A stretch of 43,167 bases of DNA from IMG/VR virus record IMGVR_UViG_3300025381_000028, positions 1 to 43,167 of that record; one strand, given 5' to 3'. Below, piece after piece: positions 41,781 to 43,167 of this stretch (position 1 is its first letter; every line of letters begins with the position of its first letter). The DNA is from a virus (Duplodnaviria; Caudoviricetes). The position numbers were made by a program, and so were the translations under genes. The notes beneath the pieces were generated by a model. That model was not told the DNA's origin. It searched no databases and saw only the letters and a list, made by a program, of their open reading frames with translations.

Positions 41781-42282
41781 TGATACCTCCAAGGGCGGCG
41801 AGAATGGCGGCGCTGACATGCGACCCATAACCGTTATTGTTCCAAGCAACTGTTGCCCGTTCTACTGCCTCATCGCTCGTCAAGTGCTCCTTGACAGCAG
41901 CGAGGATGGCGTCGGCGGTCCATCCGGCGGGATAGCCCAGTTCGATAACGTCCTTGATCTTCTCTCTAAGCGTCATGTTACCTCCAAAGGCGCGGCGGGC
42001 TGTCATGCAATCTTGCAGTGTCAGCAACCTACGACCTCCCCTACCGGTATACAACTCAATTTGGTCAAAAGGACGGGTGTTGGCACCATGTGCCCATTCT
42101 TTTCGCGCTTCATCGTCAAGATGATTGTCATCATAGGCGTCAGCGATCTTTACTAAGGGCTCAATCGCCTCCCGCAGCCTCGCATTCTCTGCCTTGAGCG
42201 CCTCGACCTCTTGCCCTGCGCGGATCAACGCCTCCGTCAAATCCGTCTCGGTGACGATTGGTGTGTTAAATTTCATTCTCAT
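41767..42282 (-). CDS. Hypothetical GC-rich mosaic protein
   Basis: GAGGA SD before ATG 42282; internal GGAGG-ATG at 41976; high-GC codons. Confidence 0.65.
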   Translation of the reverse strand: MRMKFNTPIVTETDLTEALIRAGQEVEALKAENARLREAIEPLVKIADAYDDNHLDDEARKEWAHGANTRPFDQIELYTGRGGRRLLTLQDCMTARRAFGGNMTLREKIKDVIELGYPAGWTADAILAAVKEHLTSDEAVERATVAWNNNGYGSHVSAAILAALGGINETE

Positions 42283-42308
42283 AGTATTCCTCTTCGTTTC
42301 CATAATTC

Positions 42309-42337
42309 ATAATAACATATCATGGAATTAATGTCAA
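42309..42337 (-). promoter_or_regulatory. Sigma70-like early promoter
   Basis: TTGACA-N17-TATTAT with TGn extended -10. Confidence 0.8.
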
Positions 42338-42340
42338 CTG

Positions 42341-42508
42341 CTAATGCACTCTAGTGATTTTCTCACAGCGATATCCAGCGACTTCACTGTGGCTCTTTTG
42401 AATATCAGAACCTACAGCAGCACACTCTTGGTATAGAGCAAATGAATGGTGCATCTCAATCACCCATGGACGATCTTTCATCAGTAGTATCAAAATAAAC
42501 TCTATCAT
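42341..42508 (-). CDS. Small hypothetical protein (55 aa, not in ORF track)
   Basis: MIEFILILLMKDRPW...C...YRCEKITRVH; TAATG coupling. Confidence 0.6.
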   Translation of the reverse strand: MIEFILILLMKDRPWVIEMHHSFALYQECAAVGSDIQKSHSEVAGYRCEKITRVH

Positions 42509-42744
42509 TAGATGCCCTTCATCTTTCCATATGCTAAACAGACACGTTTACCCGTTACAGGATCTGGTCCATCTAGTTGCCGATATTTGATAGGCAAGCG
42601 TCTATACTGAGCTAGAGCGTGACGCAGATCAGTAGTGTACACAAAGGTCTTGAATCCACGAGCATCACCGAAGCCATATGGACCAAACCACGGATGGAAT
42701 CCACAACACATACTTCTGCCACCTACTGAATAGTTTTTCTTCAC
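42508..42744 (-). CDS. Hypothetical protein
   Basis: GTG start coupled to upstream stop. Confidence 0.65.
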   Translation of the reverse strand: MKKNYSVGGRSMCCGFHPWFGPYGFGDARGFKTFVYTTDLRHALAQYRRLPIKYRQLDGPDPVTGKRVCLAYGKMKGI

Positions 42745-43061
42745 TAGATCCTCTTTAGGTTTTTGAAATGAGAACTACCAATACTCTTATCCCTAAACTT
42801 TAGCATTGCATGATCTTCAGCAATGGCAAGGATAGTGGCTTGGTGACCGTTAATTGTATGCACTTGGTCACCCACCTGAAGGGGCTGCTCTATCACTTCA
42901 ATGGAGGTGATGGTGGTGTAACGGTCGTTAGTGTCGATACTCCAATCTGATGCGAACCACATGATGGTGTCTTCTGCATCTTTGATCGTCTCCTCAAAAG
43001 TCACCCTCACCCGATCACCAGGCTTGAGGCTCTTGATAGTATCTTCAATAGTCATATTCAT
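42744..43061 (-). CDS. Hypothetical protein with two SH3/KOW-like repeats
   Basis: LKPGDRVRV and LQVGDQVH repeats; start uncertain. Confidence 0.6.
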   Translation of the reverse strand: MNMTIEDTIKSLKPGDRVRVTFEETIKDAEDTIMWFASDWSIDTNDRYTTITSIEVIEQPLQVGDQVHTINGHQATILAIAEDHAMLKFRDKSIGSSHFKNLKRI

Positions 43062-43167
43062 AATCCCTAAACACATAACTCCAAATAGCAAAGATCATAA
43101 TAAAACTCCAACATGTAGAAACAAACAATCCAACAACAGAACCAAACCGAATAAAATTAAAGAAGAT
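43045..43167 (-). CDS. Partial membrane protein (start outside window)
   Basis: Open hydrophobic frame IFFNFIRFGSVVGLFVSTCWSFIMIFAIWSYVF...*. Confidence 0.5.
   Translation of the reverse strand: MFFNFIRFGSVVGLFVSTCWSFIMIFAIWSYVFRDYEYDY

Noticed and set aside
1-43167. CRISPR array, self-splicing introns, inteins, integrase or alternative genetic code
   Set aside because: No regularly spaced repeats seen; core genes are uninterrupted and of normal length; TAA, TAG and TGA all terminate genes

Overview
A 43-kb, AT-rich segment of a large T4-like (Tevenvirinae-type core gene set) myophage genome. The host is probably an alphaproteobacterium, inferred from a circularly permuted tmRNA with an ANDN...ALAA tag and a ROSE-like hsp20 leader. 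Left to right: (1) a DNA-modification cluster (Nmad1/DUF1599-like, gp42-type dCMP hydroxymethylase, dCMP deaminase, alpha-glucosyltransferase, a C5-cytosine-MTase-fold enzyme with degenerate SAM motifs, DUF3310, a homing-endonuclease remnant, a GT-A glycosyltransferase); (2) the replication module (45-44-62-regA, 43, uvsX, 41) interleaved with an outer-membrane-protein gene, hsp20, a GH19 endolysin and a papain-like protease; (3) tRNAs, guaC and a dense RNA cluster (unknown 165-nt RNA, atypical tRNA-Ser, two aberrant tRNA-like RNAs, two-piece tmRNA); (4) 33-59-MTase-tRNA-Gly-32; (5) tail/baseplate genes (tape-measure-like, 51/26, 54, 2, 4, 48, 53, 27, split 5, PAAR); (6) a minus-strand block of small accessory genes. 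The strongest candidates for something new are the hmC hypermodification pathway with the non-canonical C5-MTase, the unexplained structured RNAs, and an apparent programmed -1 frameshift joining the gp26-like and gp51-like ORFs upstream of the tape-measure gene. All homology calls are by eye from remembered motifs; no searches were run.
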